Of a DNA stretch of 64,000 nucleotides, positions 47,139 to 59,471 are shown piece by piece (within the stretch, counting starts at the first letter, position 1; the number at the start of each line of letters is the position of its first letter). The translations under genes and the position numbers were made by a program. The notes below the pieces were generated by a model. That model was not told the origin of the DNA, made no database searches, and worked only from the letters and a program-made list of their open reading frames with translations. Source of the DNA: Ranitomeya imitator. Taxonomy: Eukaryota. The stretch covers positions 16,244,001 through 16,308,000 of the forward strand of contig NC_091288.1 of NCBI RefSeq assembly GCF_032444005.1. The letters are read 5' to 3'.

Positions 47139-48974
47139 CATTGGAATAAATCTAATTTGCAGACTTCTATGAGTGCCGGAATTTTTTGAATTGAACCACA
47201 GTGGTACATGATGGGGTGGGGGTACACAGGGAGGCCTGAAGCCCCTCCGCCACATAACCACAGTGGTACATGATGGGGTGGGGGTACACGGGGGGCGCAG
47301 GGAGGCCTGAAGCCCCTCCGGCACATAACCACAGTGGTACAATGTGGGGGGGTACAGAGGGGGCGCAGGGAGGCCTGAAGCCCCTCCGGCACATAACCAC
47401 AGTGGTATATGGTGGGGGAGGGGGTACACAGGGGGCACAGGGAGGCCTGAAGCCCCTCCGCCACATAACCACAGTGGTACATGGTGGGGTGGGGGGTACA
47501 CAAGGGGTGCAGGGAGGCCTGAAGCCCCTCCGCCACATAACCACAGTGGTACAAGGTGGGGGGGTACAGAGGGGGCGCAGGGAGGCTTGAAGCCCCTGCG
47601 GCACATAACCACAGTGGTATATGGTGGGGGGGTACACAGGGGGCACAGGGAGGCCTGAAGCCCCTCCGCCACATAACCACAGAGGTGCATGGTGGGGGGA
47701 GTTACACAGGGAAGCCTGAAGCCCCTCCGCCACATCACCACAGTGGTACATGGTGGGGGGAGGTACACAGGGGGCACAGGGAGGCCTGAAGCCCCTCCGC
47801 CACATAACCACAGTGGTACATGGTGGGGGGGAGGTACACAGGGGGCACAGGGAGGCCTGAAGCCCCTCCGCCACATAACCACAGTGGTACATGGTGGGGG
47901 GAGGTACACAGGGGGTGCAGGGAGGCCTGAAGCCCCTCCGGCACATAACCACAGTGGTACATGGTGGGGTGGGGGATACACAGGGGGTGCAGGGAAGCCT
48001 GAAGCCCCTCCGCCACATAACCACAGTGGTAAATGGTGGGGGGGAGGTACACAGGGGGTGCAGGGAGGCCTGAAGCCCCTCCACCACATAACCACAGTGG
48101 TACATGGTGGGGGGGAGGTACACAGGGGGTGCAGAGAGGCCTAAAGCCCCTCTGCCACATAACCACAGTGGTACATGGTGGGGGGTACACAGGGGGTGCA
48201 GGGAGGCCTGAAGCCCCTCCGGCACATAACCACAGTGGTACATGGTGGGGTGGGGGATACACAGGGGGTGCAGGGAAGCCTGAAGCCCCTCCGCCACATA
48301 ACCACAGTGGCACATGGTGGGGGGAGGTACACAGGGAAGCCTGAAGCCCCTCCGGCACATAACCACAGTGGCACATGGTGGGGGGGAGGTACACAGGGGG
48401 CGCAGGGAGGCCTGAAGCCCCTCCACCACATAACCACAGTGGTACATGGTGGGGGGTACACAGGGGGTGCAGGGAGGCCTAAAGCCCCTCCACCACATAA
48501 CCACAGTGGTACATGGTGGGGGGTACACAGGGGGTGCAGGGAGGCCTGAAGCCCCTCCACCACATAACCACAGTGGCACATGGTGGGGGGGAGGTACACA
48601 GGGGGCGCAGGGAGGCCTGAAGCCCCTCCGCCACATAACCACAGTGGTACATGATGGGGTGGGGGTGGGTACACAGGGGGTGCAGGGAGGCCTAAAGCCC
48701 CTCCACCACATAACCATAGTGGTACATGGTGGGGGGGGGGTTAGTAAACAGGGAGGCCTGAAGCCCCTCCTCCACATAACCACAGTGGCACATGGTGGGG
48801 GGATACATAGGGGGCGCAGGGAGACCTGAAGCCCCTCTGGCACACCCCCCAGTGGTACATGGTGGGGGGTTACTGTGAACATTTTTGCATGGGATTAGGA
48901 ATCTAACTGCAGCAGAATCTGATTTACATACAGTTACTAACTGCTGCTGCATGCGAGTAGGTGTCCGTATACAG

Positions 48975-49083
48975 GTTGGATCTCCTCAGAGAGAACCAGC
49001 TCCGCCGCAGAGGTTCTGTCTCAGTATCTAACATTTTTGGAAGAAGAAAGGAAATTACTTGTTTAGATCTTTTCACAGCTTGA
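48975..49083 (+). CDS. Candidate second exon of copy 3 (R|LDLLRENQLRRRG...FTA*)
   Basis: Acceptor TATACAG|GTTGG resembles the copy 1 acceptor context, is phase 2 and is open for 35 codons. The peptide resembles the unspliced copy 4 tail (MGLQLRESL). The polypyrimidine tract is weak. Confidence 0.45.
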
Positions 49084-49244
49084 AGCCGTCTGTTCATTTT
49101 TTATTCAATGTTGCTTCCTCCTTCCTATCTTTGGCCTAAAGACATTAGCAACAAAGTAACAGAAATGATTTGTTGCATTTTGTGGAGCCATCGGAATACA
49201 AAGCAATGACTATCAAAGCAAGTAAAAAATAGAAAAAAAAGAAA

Positions 49245-49292
<48 letters not shown>

Positions 49293-49437
49293 GAAAAAAA
49301 GGAACAGCACAACTCGAGTACTTATCTTCAGGTGCAGGGCCTCAGGCAACCAGTGCAGCGATTGCACCAAGTTTACAGACACTCAAAAAAGAGGCAGCAC
49401 TCCATAGTTTAAGTGAAAAATGTGGAAGGTTTAATCG

Positions 49438-49493
49438 ACCCACATAGCCGGGCGACGTTTCAGCTCCATCTGACCCTTTATCAAGCAGTGAGT
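49438..49493 (-). ncRNA. Hammerhead ribozyme variant (U3-A8), minus-strand copy
   Basis: Reverse complement reads ACTCACTGC-TTGATAA-A-GGGTCAGATGGAGCT-GAAA-CGTC-GC...GTGGGT. Confidence 0.55.
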
Positions 49494-51583
49494 AACCATT
49501 CCAAGTGTCTATTTATATGTGTCTCAACCCATATTAGATTAGGTCCAATCATAAATTACATATTCATAATGACATATACATTATTCATTTATATTTGCAT
49601 CCTGTGCTATATATAAAGTGCATTGTGCTTATGTGCATTAAAAACCATACTATCTATAACCCAGCAGATCATCCTGAAGATATTCACAATTATAATGATA
49701 ATAGATATATTAGTGTTAATTATGTTTACATTTCTCTGCACTCATCCCTGTCTTTCATGTGGGCTCATGGAGGACGACATGCCTGCAGGTCGGCGTTCTC
49801 TGCCGCTCACTGCGCATGTCACAGTCGCATCATCATGCTGAAACGCCATATCGGCCAATGAGGCGCTCTGTGTGGCATTTTACACATGGCGCATGCGCAG
49901 TAGCGCCGAAAACCGCCATGTTGGTAGTGGCTGATTATTCACTCTGTTATCTATGTAGCCCATACTTATGCATATTAATAATGCTCGCGCTGCAGCGCTA
50001 AGCAGGACACTCATATGTCAGCAGCTGCACGATTACACATAAAGGGGCTTTATATTAATTTAAAATCAGCCATTTACCATACAATGCTGTCTGGCTACAC
50101 ACAGCGCCCACATCCAAAGCAAGCGGATCTAACACCCAATAAGGAATATGTATTATTTTATGTTTATTTAAGATCTGTAAGAACCAAGTATATTCACTTT
50201 GATGGACTATATAAGATGCATAAACATACCTCGGCACTACGGACGACTGCTTATCAAAACAGTCCCCGTGAGCCAATAGAGTTACTCTGCCCCTCAGTTG
50301 TCCCTCCGGACCAAAGTGTTGCAGACATAACACCTATATGGTATTCGCACCATTGTTCTGGTCCACTTATCTCATATACTAAAGACATTCAACACCTCAG
50401 TTGTTTTTACTGTTTATTTAGATGAGAAATCCACCCGGGTCATAGGCACTGCAATAGCCAAACAGCAAATATTACATTGAATATTTGTGTATATTTAGTA
50501 ATAAAAAATAAACATAAACAAAAATAATTAATATCTTTCTCCTCCATGATACCACATTCTGTCCAGGTGACTTTTTCAGGAATAGCATCTGATGGGTAAA
50601 AAATAAGATAAAAATTACTGATATGAAGTATCCAACATATCTTAAAACATCCTGGCCCCAATTATACAGGAAGGAAAAAGGTTAGTACATACCCCCCTAT
50701 AACACCGTATGAATACTAAAATCTGCATTTAATCCTTTCGGTTTGAGTGTTTTCAACTCATAGATCCATTTGAGCTCCCTTTTTTTTAGAATCTGTTCCC
50801 TATTGCCTCCCCTCCTCTGAATCGGGACCACATCAATGATCCTACATTTAAGATCTTTTTCTTGGTGGTTACAGTCCACAAAATGTTTGGGGACTGGGAG
50901 GTCCATTCTTTTCTTTCTGATGGTATACCTATGTTGGTTCATCCGCACTTTAAATGCACATATTGTTTCACCAATATACCAAAGATTACACGGGCAGGTT
51001 AAGAGGTATATTACATGGTCTGTATCACATGTCAGGAACTCTTTTATCTGATAGACTTTGCCTGTTTCAGGTTGCTCAAAAGTGGGGCCCTTCAGCATAT
51101 GTGTACAATTCACACAGGACAAACAGGGATAACAACCCCTTTTCTTTTTGCCCGTCAGTGTCAATTGTTGGTTTCTCATTAAAGGCCCAATATCTGATTT
51201 TATTAGATAGTCCCCTATATTTTTGCTTCTTTTGTAGGAGTAAAGTGGTGGCATTAAAAATTCACTTATTTCTGGGTGACACCTACCCAGCATACCCCAA
51301 AGACAGGGATGAGTGCAGAGAAATGTAAACATAATTAACACTAATATATCTATTATCATTATAATTGTGAATATCTTCAGGATGATCTGCTGGGTTATAG
51401 ATAGTATGGTTTTTAATGCACATAAGCACAATGCACTTTATATATAGCACAGGATGCAAATATAAATGAGCACTGGATGTAAATATGAATGAATAATGTA
51501 TATGTCATTATGAATATGTAATTTATGATTGGACCTAATCTAATATGGGTTGAGACACATATAAATAGACACTTGGAATGGTT

Positions 51584-51639
51584 ACTCACTGCTTGATAAA
51601 GGGTCAGATGGAGCTGAAACGTCGCCCGGCTATGTGGGT
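51584..51639 (+). ncRNA. Hammerhead ribozyme variant (U3-A8), plus-strand copy
   Basis: Same motif in the inverted repeat, with a GUC cleavage triplet. Confidence 0.55.
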
Positions 51640-51677
51640 CGATTAAACCTTCCACATTTTTCACCTGAATCATGGAG

Positions 51678-51895
51678 NNNNNNNNNNNNNNNNNNNNNNN
51701 NNNNNNNNNNNNNNNNNNNNNNNNNNNNNNNNNNNNNNNNNNNNNNNNNNNNNNNNNNNNNNNNNNNNNNNNNNNNNNNNNNNNNNNNNNNNNNNNNNNN
51801 NNNNNNNNNNNNNNNNNNNNNNNNNNNNNNNNNNNNNNNNNNNNNNNNNNNNNNNNNNNNNNNNNNNNNNNNNNNNNNNNNNNNNNNNNNNNNNN
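51678..51895. other. Assembly gap (N run)
   Basis: Direct reading. Confidence 1.
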
Positions 51896-53163
51896 TTGTT
51901 TTTTAGAACATAAATAAAAGATATACACATATTTAGAATCACTGAGTTCAGACATGTCTGATCTATCAAAATATAGAATAAATTTATCTGATCAGTAAAC
52001 GACATAACGATGAAAAAAAAATCAAAACTCCAGAATTATGTTTTTTGGGGGGCAGTGGCCAAATTGGAATAAAATGCGATCAAAACATCTCATCTACACC
52101 AAAATGGTAACAGTTGAGGGTGCAAAAAAATAAGTCCTCACCAGGCCCCAGATCCCAAAAAAAGGAGATGTTAAGGGTCTCAGAAAATGGTGAAATAAGC
52201 AAACTTAGTTTTTCATACAAAAGGTATCTATTTTTTCACCACTTAAAAAAAAAAATCTACGCACGTTTGGTATCTGCGTGCTCATAATGTCCTGGCGAAT
52301 CATAGTGCCAGGTCAGTGTTAGTATTTAGTCAACATGGTAAATAACAAAAAAAAAAAATTGTGGAATTGCACTTTTCTGTGTCTTCTTTTTTCTTCCTGT
52401 TTTCCAGAACATTATATGGATTAAATCAATGGTGTTGTTCAAAAGTAAACTCATCCTGCAAAAAAAAACAAGCCTTCGTACGGCCATGTTGACATAAAAA
52501 TAAAACATCATGGCTCTGGGAAGAAGGGGAGGAAAAAAATAAAGTGTAAAAAATCTAATATTGCAACGTGGTGAAGGGGTTAATAGTTGTAGTTTGTGCA
52601 GAAAATGGGACAATATTGCAGCACTGATAGCAGCAGGCCATTGTCTAACACAGGGTGAGTAGCTCATGTACGTTGTCTCGCTCTCTGAGCTCCGAAATCC
52701 TCTCTCTTATCCATGTTCTTCATAAAAAAAAAAGCAGCTGCCTTTCCTGCCTGAGCTTTTATTCTGGCTTTGAGTCATCAGTGACCTCAGACCTGTAGTC
52801 CCGGTGCCATAGGGTGGGGTTATGGAGAAGCCCACCGATCCGGCCACCCTGAGGTCACATGATTCTTCTTCTCCATCTTATGCTATCTGTAACATGACTA
52901 AGTCCAAGTACGGTAAGTTGGAAACTTATGCAGATTGCAAACTTCCAAATATTAATTCCAAACACGTTTTGTGCAGAATTAACTCATTGTATCTCTAGTT
53001 GTCACCATTACAAATAAATTGCTCCATGTGTGTCGGTCTGATGAACGCCTGGTAGGAATTGAAAATATCTGCATAGGGAAACGAGTCAGTGGTGGTATTC
53101 TCTACCATGGGTGGTTCCTCATATGTTCTGTTCTTCCCCTTTAGGTTTTTTCTACATAGTGAA

Positions 53164-53745
53164 ATGGATGAAGAGCAGAGGACGGTGGCAGAAACTTCTA
53201 GAAAGGCAACTCTGAATGTCCTGACCGACGTCCACAGAAAGGGTCTCGTTGTGGATAATTCTCACCTACTGCAACCCACGGTATCGTTCCCTCTAATCTC
53301 GAGGACCCTTCTAGGAGACCTGGTAGAGAAACTGAGGACGGTGACGTTCAAGTGTGACAAAAAGCCAAGAAACGAAATTCTCTTCGCCTACCCTGCACCC
53401 CAGGACATCGTGTATCTGTGCCCCCTCTTCTGGAAACAGAAGCCTCGGTTGGACCACGGATCTCAAATTGGAACATTAATTCTCTGCGTGGCACAAATGT
53501 TGGGCTACAGACACATCCTCGATGGAACAAGTGATGCTGAGGAGCCTATGGGGGTCCGGAAAGGGACCTTACTGAGGGCCGATGACATTTGTGCTGTATT
53601 CGAAACTTGGATGAACCACCGGAAACCGTACGTGGAGGGTTCCTACTCCTGCTGCGGGGAGAACGTCCAGGACTCGGTGTGCACAGAGTCCTGCATGGGA
53701 TTACAGCTAAGGGAAAGTCTGCAGGAGGTCGACGAGAACGGCTAA
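53164..53745 (+). CDS. Metalloprotease-like family copy 4, HExxH lost, no 3' intron
   Basis: Acceptor TTCTTCCCCTTTAG at 53144 and ATG at 53164. Has YLCPLFW, SQIGTLILCVAQMLGYRH and GSYSCCGENVQDSVC; the frame is open to TAA at 53745. Confidence 0.72.
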   Translation: MDEEQRTVAETSRKATLNVLTDVHRKGLVVDNSHLLQPTVSFPLISRTLLGDLVEKLRTVTFKCDKKPRNEILFAYPAPQDIVYLCPLFWKQKPRLDHGSQIGTLILCVAQMLGYRHILDGTSDAEEPMGVRKGTLLRADDICAVFETWMNHRKPYVEGSYSCCGENVQDSVCTESCMGLQLRESLQEVDENG

Positions 53746-54723
53746 CCGCAAGGGCTAGTAAGGATTAGAGGACATTGGGCCTGATATGGGCTCACATGGG
53801 CGTATTTCATGGTTCATTCACAAACGGCAATGACCAGACTGGCCACGGGTCTCCTGACCCAAACTGAAAGCCCCCATAGATACATGTAGGCTGCAAGCAA
53901 CGGTCAGGAGACCCACGGTCAGTCCATGGATCATAGACCATATACTGACCGTGAAATACGCTCATCTGGACCCAGCCCAAAACTGAGCTGAGGAACATTC
54001 CTTACTACAAACGATCCCCAGAGCGTGGAAGTGCGGATCCAGCACCATCCATACTCGGAGCAGACCCAGCACCCTCGGCAGACATTTGCGCTCATCACTA
54101 GTGGTCACTTCTCAATGAGCCAATTCATAGGGAGCACAGAAACAACGAAGAATGGACAAACCCTAAATGGGACATTCACAGTAGGAGAGGTCATCACTGA
54201 CTAATGGGGGATGGGTCCGCCACCACTGCAGCCTCCAGTTTGCCGAAGCTCTGCACTTGCGACTTGCAGCATATCCCAGTTCTAGTGACCGATACTGGAT
54301 GGTGCTACCTGCACAGCATTGGGAATAGGTTTGGAGGCTTTTCTGAACCTCAGGTTCCTTTAATGGAGGCTTTGGTGGTAACAGCATATTACGGTATATT
54401 GCTCGGCCCCCAATATTAGCGTTCGCGTTATCTCTTTACATGGAATGTAGCAACAGAAAATGAACTGGTGTTTTAATCAAATCCTTATACTAAATGTAGT
54501 TTAATAAAAATGTATAATGTTTTGGTTTTTTTTCCACATCATGATCTATATATTTAAGAAAAAAAAAAATGTATAATCATTTTCATGTTGGGCACTAGGC
54601 TCAATATTAAGCTCCTACTTCCTATTGGGCACATGGACATAAGGAGCAACTGACTCCGACACCACAGAATTAGTATTTATTGAGCATGTCCTCATTATGG
54701 TTAAAAGATGGCTTAGAAGAGAA

Positions 54724-54953
54724 GAGGAGGAGGTGAGCTGTGATATCACCTATTGTGCATGGTGGATCCTGTGTTATCTACTGTATATAGAGGTGCTATC
54801 AGTCATTGTACAGGAGGAGGAGGTGAGCTGTGACATCACCTATTGTGAATGGTGGATCCTGTGTTATCTACTGTATATAGAGGTGTTATCAGTCATTGTA
54901 CAGGAGGAGGAGGTGAGCTGTGACATCACCTATTGTGAATGGTGGATCCTGTA
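54724..54953. repeat. 90-bp tandem repeat, ~2.5 copies
   Basis: GAGGAGGAGGTGAGCTGTGACATCACCTATTGTGAATGGTGGATCC... recurs at 54811 and 54901. Confidence 0.85.
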
Positions 54954-55399
54954 CTACCAGTCATGGAACAGTATGCATACCCCCTAGATTTTTTTTTTTT
55001 AATCAGCACATACCCTCTTATTATCATCCATGCCCATTTTCCTCCTGTGGTTCATGCCTCCTAATATTACTATTTACAGAATGTTGACACAGTTCAGGTT
55101 TGTTTCATAATGTAAGAATTTTCCCGTCATTCACAAAACATTTTCTTCCCTTCCCGGAATAAATCATCTTCAACCTGCTGAGCAGGAACTAAACGGAATA
55201 TTCTCAAACATAGAAATCACCTACAGCTCACAAGAGAGTGAAAACAAGGAGCTGGAAAACCCCAAGAACAATGCTACTAAATTATGAGCCCAGCAGTCTG
55301 CAGTGATCTCCAATCCTTTTGTGTCATACTTACCAAAGCAGTAGCGCAGAGAAAGAGGCACAGACACACAGATTTGTGCTGCTGCTTTCTAATAAGTGC

Positions 55400-55870
55400 A
55401 TGTCTTAACCCCAGTGCTGAATTCACAGCTACACTGCTCAGAACTGCTTTATAACGTTATCCTTGCTGTTATTTTCTGGTAAGAGTTTAATTTACACTAT
55501 TGCTGGATTCACAGTTACACTGTTAAGTACTTCTTTATAATGTGACCCACGCTGCTATTTTATAGTAAGGGTTTAACATATCCTAGTGCTGGATTCACAG
55601 CTAGACTGCTCAGTAAGGCTATATAATATTTTCCATGCTGCGGTTTTCTAGAAACTGCTTCTCACTCAGTGCTCGATTCACAGTTATGTTACAGTATAAT
55701 GTCCTACATGATGCAGCTTTCTGATTTATATCTCACCCCAGAACTGGTTTCACAACTAAACCTCTCAGTAATGCTTTATAATGTGATCCATGGTTTTGTT
55801 TTCTAGTAAGTGTATAACTCATCCCAGCGCTGGATTCACAGCTACACTGTTCATATTGATCTATAATGTC
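55400..55870. repeat. Degenerate tandem repeat (core TGCTGGATTCACAGCTACACTG)
   Basis: The core recurs about six times at ~80-90 bp spacing. Confidence 0.6.
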
Positions 55871-58800
55871 CTCCATGCTGCCTTTGAACTTGGGCTACAT
55901 ACAGAAGAGCAGGAATCCCTCATGTCTGTGTGTGCTGTGTATGGGAGACATAGCCGCTAGTTATGCCCCACTAGCTCAGAGACAACTAAAAATTAAAGCT
56001 AGAGGTGCAGAGAGGAAAACTGGTGAAAAACGCAGGGAACAAATCAAATAACGTCCAGAAATAGTGTTTTTCCTCATGTGCACACAGGAATGATTATATT
56101 TAGTCACCTGAACGGACAGACACACCTCAAAAACCTCAGGAACATCCAAGAACTCCCCAGACTGACTGTTTGGGATATTATTTTGCCAAGCGTCCTTCCT
56201 TTTGCATGACACTCAGTAACATCAGGACTTTTTAGTTTGTCTGTTCAGGTGCCCACAGCTGACGAACAAGTCAGCAGGACGACTTTTTAGTTCCCCTTTT
56301 AGTAAATTTCTTCCTCCGACCTTTAACAAATCACATTGAGAGATCACCATGATCTGCGAGACAAAAATAGAGAACAACTTCATAACACATGAAATAGTCG
56401 CATAAGTGGCAAAAAGGCCTAAAGTCCATCAAGTTCAACCTTTCTCCACCAAATGCAAGTAAAAATGTATTCTAAATGTAAATACATAGATACCAGACAG
56501 TCTGAGGGGTAACCTCAAAAATACAGGGGCGCAAACCCCCCAATAAAGGGGAGTGATGGGCATGACAGTACGACACACAGGACACGGACCACCACATTCA
56601 TTCTGAGACCAATCGAAATAGTAAGTTGTTAAATACTGGCCCCAGATCAGAGCTCAGATTGTTTCAGAGCCAGAGACCCCCTACCACATCCATATAAAAA
56701 AAAAAAAAATCAGACCCCTGTACTTGCCGCTCTCTCTGAGGCTACTGTACACAGGCTCCCATCTCTGATTAGTGTCAGGACCCTCAATGCATCAATCCGC
56801 ACAAAGCCCCAATTCTGACCTGTATCACAAGCTGGGATGATGGACCCTGAAGGACTTGATGGGGCAGTGGGTCCAGTTACAATATAGTCACTGTGTTATC
56901 CTGGTGCTAAACCAGTTAGTTTGAATAAGGGCTAGTTTGGTTTTGAGCTTTCACTCTAGATGGAGGGGGTTACAAAAGGTAAACAGTAATGATTGCATAA
57001 TAATGTATGATCTAAAACAACGTTACAATCAATAGAGAAGAAATAAAAAGTTTAATACAAAATGTTGCAAAAATGAGCGCTATGCTTCCCTCTAGTGGTA
57101 AAACGTTGGTATTACACCCTGCAATATGAGCTTTTTGGACCACCTACATGTCCATTAGGGCTATCAATCGTCCAGAAATTCCAGGACTGTCTGTAAAAAC
57201 ATTTTTTTTTTTTTTTTCCCCGTCCATAAAAAAATAAAAATTAAAAAGGCGTCCATGATTTTATTTTTGAAGCTGAAGATTATTTAAACTGTAATTACAA
57301 GTTTACAGTGAATGCAGTGTTCCTCCTTGTTGACAAGCATCACTTATAGTCATGATGCTTTATGATGGTTTTCCAATGTGTCTGATTTTTTTTGATAACT
57401 TGTCGAGAGTGAAGTTGGCGACTCCAATGTACACATGAAGACGGCACAATGGCCACATTAAATAGTTACAAGATACATTCACTTGGAGGGGATTTGTTTT
57501 ACGGCATTGGGTGCTTTTTTTTTTTTTTTTGCATAGAGTAAAAGTGAATGAGAGGAAAAGGCAACAGGGTTTGTTTTTTGTTTTTTTTTAAAATCCGAAT
57601 CTGTTCTCATTAATCAAAAGGTAAGTTCTGCAAAGTAATAATCCGCCCACAGCATGGATTCTATACTTGGATGGACATTTTTTATGTTCCCTTTGAAAAA
57701 GGTACAAGGAAGGGATCCGTATACTACTATAGGCAATAAAGCCACGTCTAGATCAGCTCTCCGTGCACTTATCTTCTGTTGAGCTCAGCAGCTAACCTGG
57801 AAAGCAAGACTGCAGTGTAAAGCATGGCGACGTGGCAGAGCAGCAGTTTGAGATCCTGGTGAGGTGGACGTCAGACTACCTTTGGCTCCAGCTGACAGTG
57901 CAGCCATGTTGGAGCCGAGATACAGAACTTAGAATATATATAGCAGAAATGATAAAATTCTGCTTTAAATCCTGTTGTAGATTTCAGGACACAGCAAACT
58001 GCTAATAAGGATCAGATACAAATAATCCGGCGGGATCGGGCGAAATCAGTTCGTTTACAGATGGGAAGATTTAGCTGAACTTCACTCACTGGAAGCGACA
58101 AGCAGATGTCTGATACCGCAGATCCGATCCCAGCATCCCACCGTCCTGACTGCTCCGGGCACAAAGGCTCCGGTGCCGAAGGATCTGGGATATTGGATTA
58201 GTGATGAGCGGTAATTTAGGCCTCATTCACACGTCAGTATTTTGCATCAGTGTTTATTCGCCAAAACCAGGAGCGAAACTTACAGAGAAAAACGATAACC
58301 GAAAGATCAACTGACGCCTGTTCTGTGTTTTGGCGAATTACAATGTGAGAATAAAGCCGATTCCACCGTCCGTTCACTATGGGGTACAGGGAGCAGGAAC
58401 CAGCAAGTGGCGACTGTCCGCACCCTGCAATCTCTCTACACGGCCTTGCACTGAGTTTTAGAGAGTGCAGCTTCTTTTCCTGCCCTTAGGCTGGAACTTT
58501 TCCTAAACTCCTCAGCTCTGCAGCTTGTCTAGATTGGTTCAGTATTCAGGTGGGGAGGAGGGGGACGCAGCTGCAGTTTGCGTCTCCTAGAGGGAAGCAG
58601 GAGATATCGGATTAGTCAAGAGAAATGTGAAAGAAGAGCAAGTGCGCCTGAAAGTGACCGTGCGCACCTGAATGAGGAAGCATGCATGCCTGAAAAAAAA
58701 AAAAAAGGAGTGCGCTAGCAAGCCTGAAAAAAAAAATAAAATAAAAAAGTGAGTGTGACAGAGTAAAGAGAGCAAGTGTGAAAGAGCAAGCATGGGTGGA

Positions 58801-59465
58801 AAAACAAAAAAATGAAGAGCTAGTGTCCCAGAGTAAAAGGAGAGAGAGCGAGCGTGCTACCCACCCACTGTGGCGCTTCCAGGGACCCCCTGAACCGACC
58901 GGCCGGGCCTTGGAAACCAATGGTTTTTCTAACTCACAGGTATGTCTGAAGAGGTTCACCAGTCAGGGACAGGAAACCAACTGATGCGGGAGAGAGGTGC
59001 CGCCCCTTTATGTCTGTAGGTTTCTTGTCCCTGGTGGGCAGATCCTTCTCTCTCATGGTTCTGTCTTGGGAGACCGAATAAATAACTTTCTTCTCGTCAG
59101 GCCAGCCGTACAGGGGACAAGGCTGCTCCCGTTTCCCTTTTATTCGTCAGAGTTGCAATGCCACACACCGCCCATATTAAGGGATGGCACAGTTTCTAAA
59201 ATTAAAGCAGCCCCGTGTTTCTAATCCTGTACAACCCCTGGAATTTTCAGGTGCTCCCTTATCCCATTCACATGCTAAAGTGAATACATTGTGGAGATCA
59301 GATGATCACGGAGCCGTCGGAACGCTGGAGAAACGCGACCTGAGAGAATGGATCTTATATTACTATATACAGGAGAGATTGAGGAGGGTCCGTATAATGA
59401 AGACTCCCCCGACTGTATGACAAAATGTAACAAGAGAGCGAGACTCCGGGGAAATTTGTTGCATT

Positions 59466-59471
59466 TTTATT
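59466..59471 (-). promoter_or_regulatory. Candidate polyadenylation signal (AATAAA) for chpf
   Basis: Minus-strand AATAAA after a U-rich, 3'-UTR-like stretch. Other candidates exist (e.g. ~61695). Confidence 0.3.

Larger units (their letters stand above)
46314..47193 (+). mobile_element. Short non-coding Penelope-like or retrozyme-like insertion with a palindrome and a hammerhead motif
   Basis: Flanked by AACCACAGTGGTAC (TSD-like, but ambiguous inside a satellite). Ends with a hammerhead motif, AATAAA and GAGTGCCG. Confidence 0.6.
46115..48870. repeat. G-rich ~70-bp satellite, interrupted at 46314-47193
   Basis: Unit GGGAGGCCTGAAGCCCCTCCGCCACATAACCACAGTGGTACATGGTGGGGGGGAGGTACACAGGGGGTGCA with variants. 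Confidence 0.95.
49395..51677 (-). mobile_element. Penelope-like element 3' fragment (GIY-YIG) with inverted terminal repeats
   Basis: ORF 50697-~51300 has GCYPCLSCVNC...WYIGET...QHR. 49413-49755 is an imperfect inverted copy of ~51299-51665. The right end runs into an N gap. Confidence 0.88.

Noticed and set aside
47103-48882. ORFs up to 571 aa on both strands
   Set aside because: Translations of the G-rich satellite.
53040-53070. CTGATGA...GAAA upstream of copy 4 as a possible hammerhead
   Set aside because: No convincing stem II or stem I, and no NUH site after GAAA.
57800-58000. Possible plus-strand exon (HGDVAEQQFEIL...) or asic4 remnant
   Set aside because: No recognisable protein similarity and no clear exon boundaries.
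58600-58860. Possible miRNA or conserved ncRNA
   Set aside because: No hairpin or mature sequence that I can recognise; consistent with UTR-like sequence.
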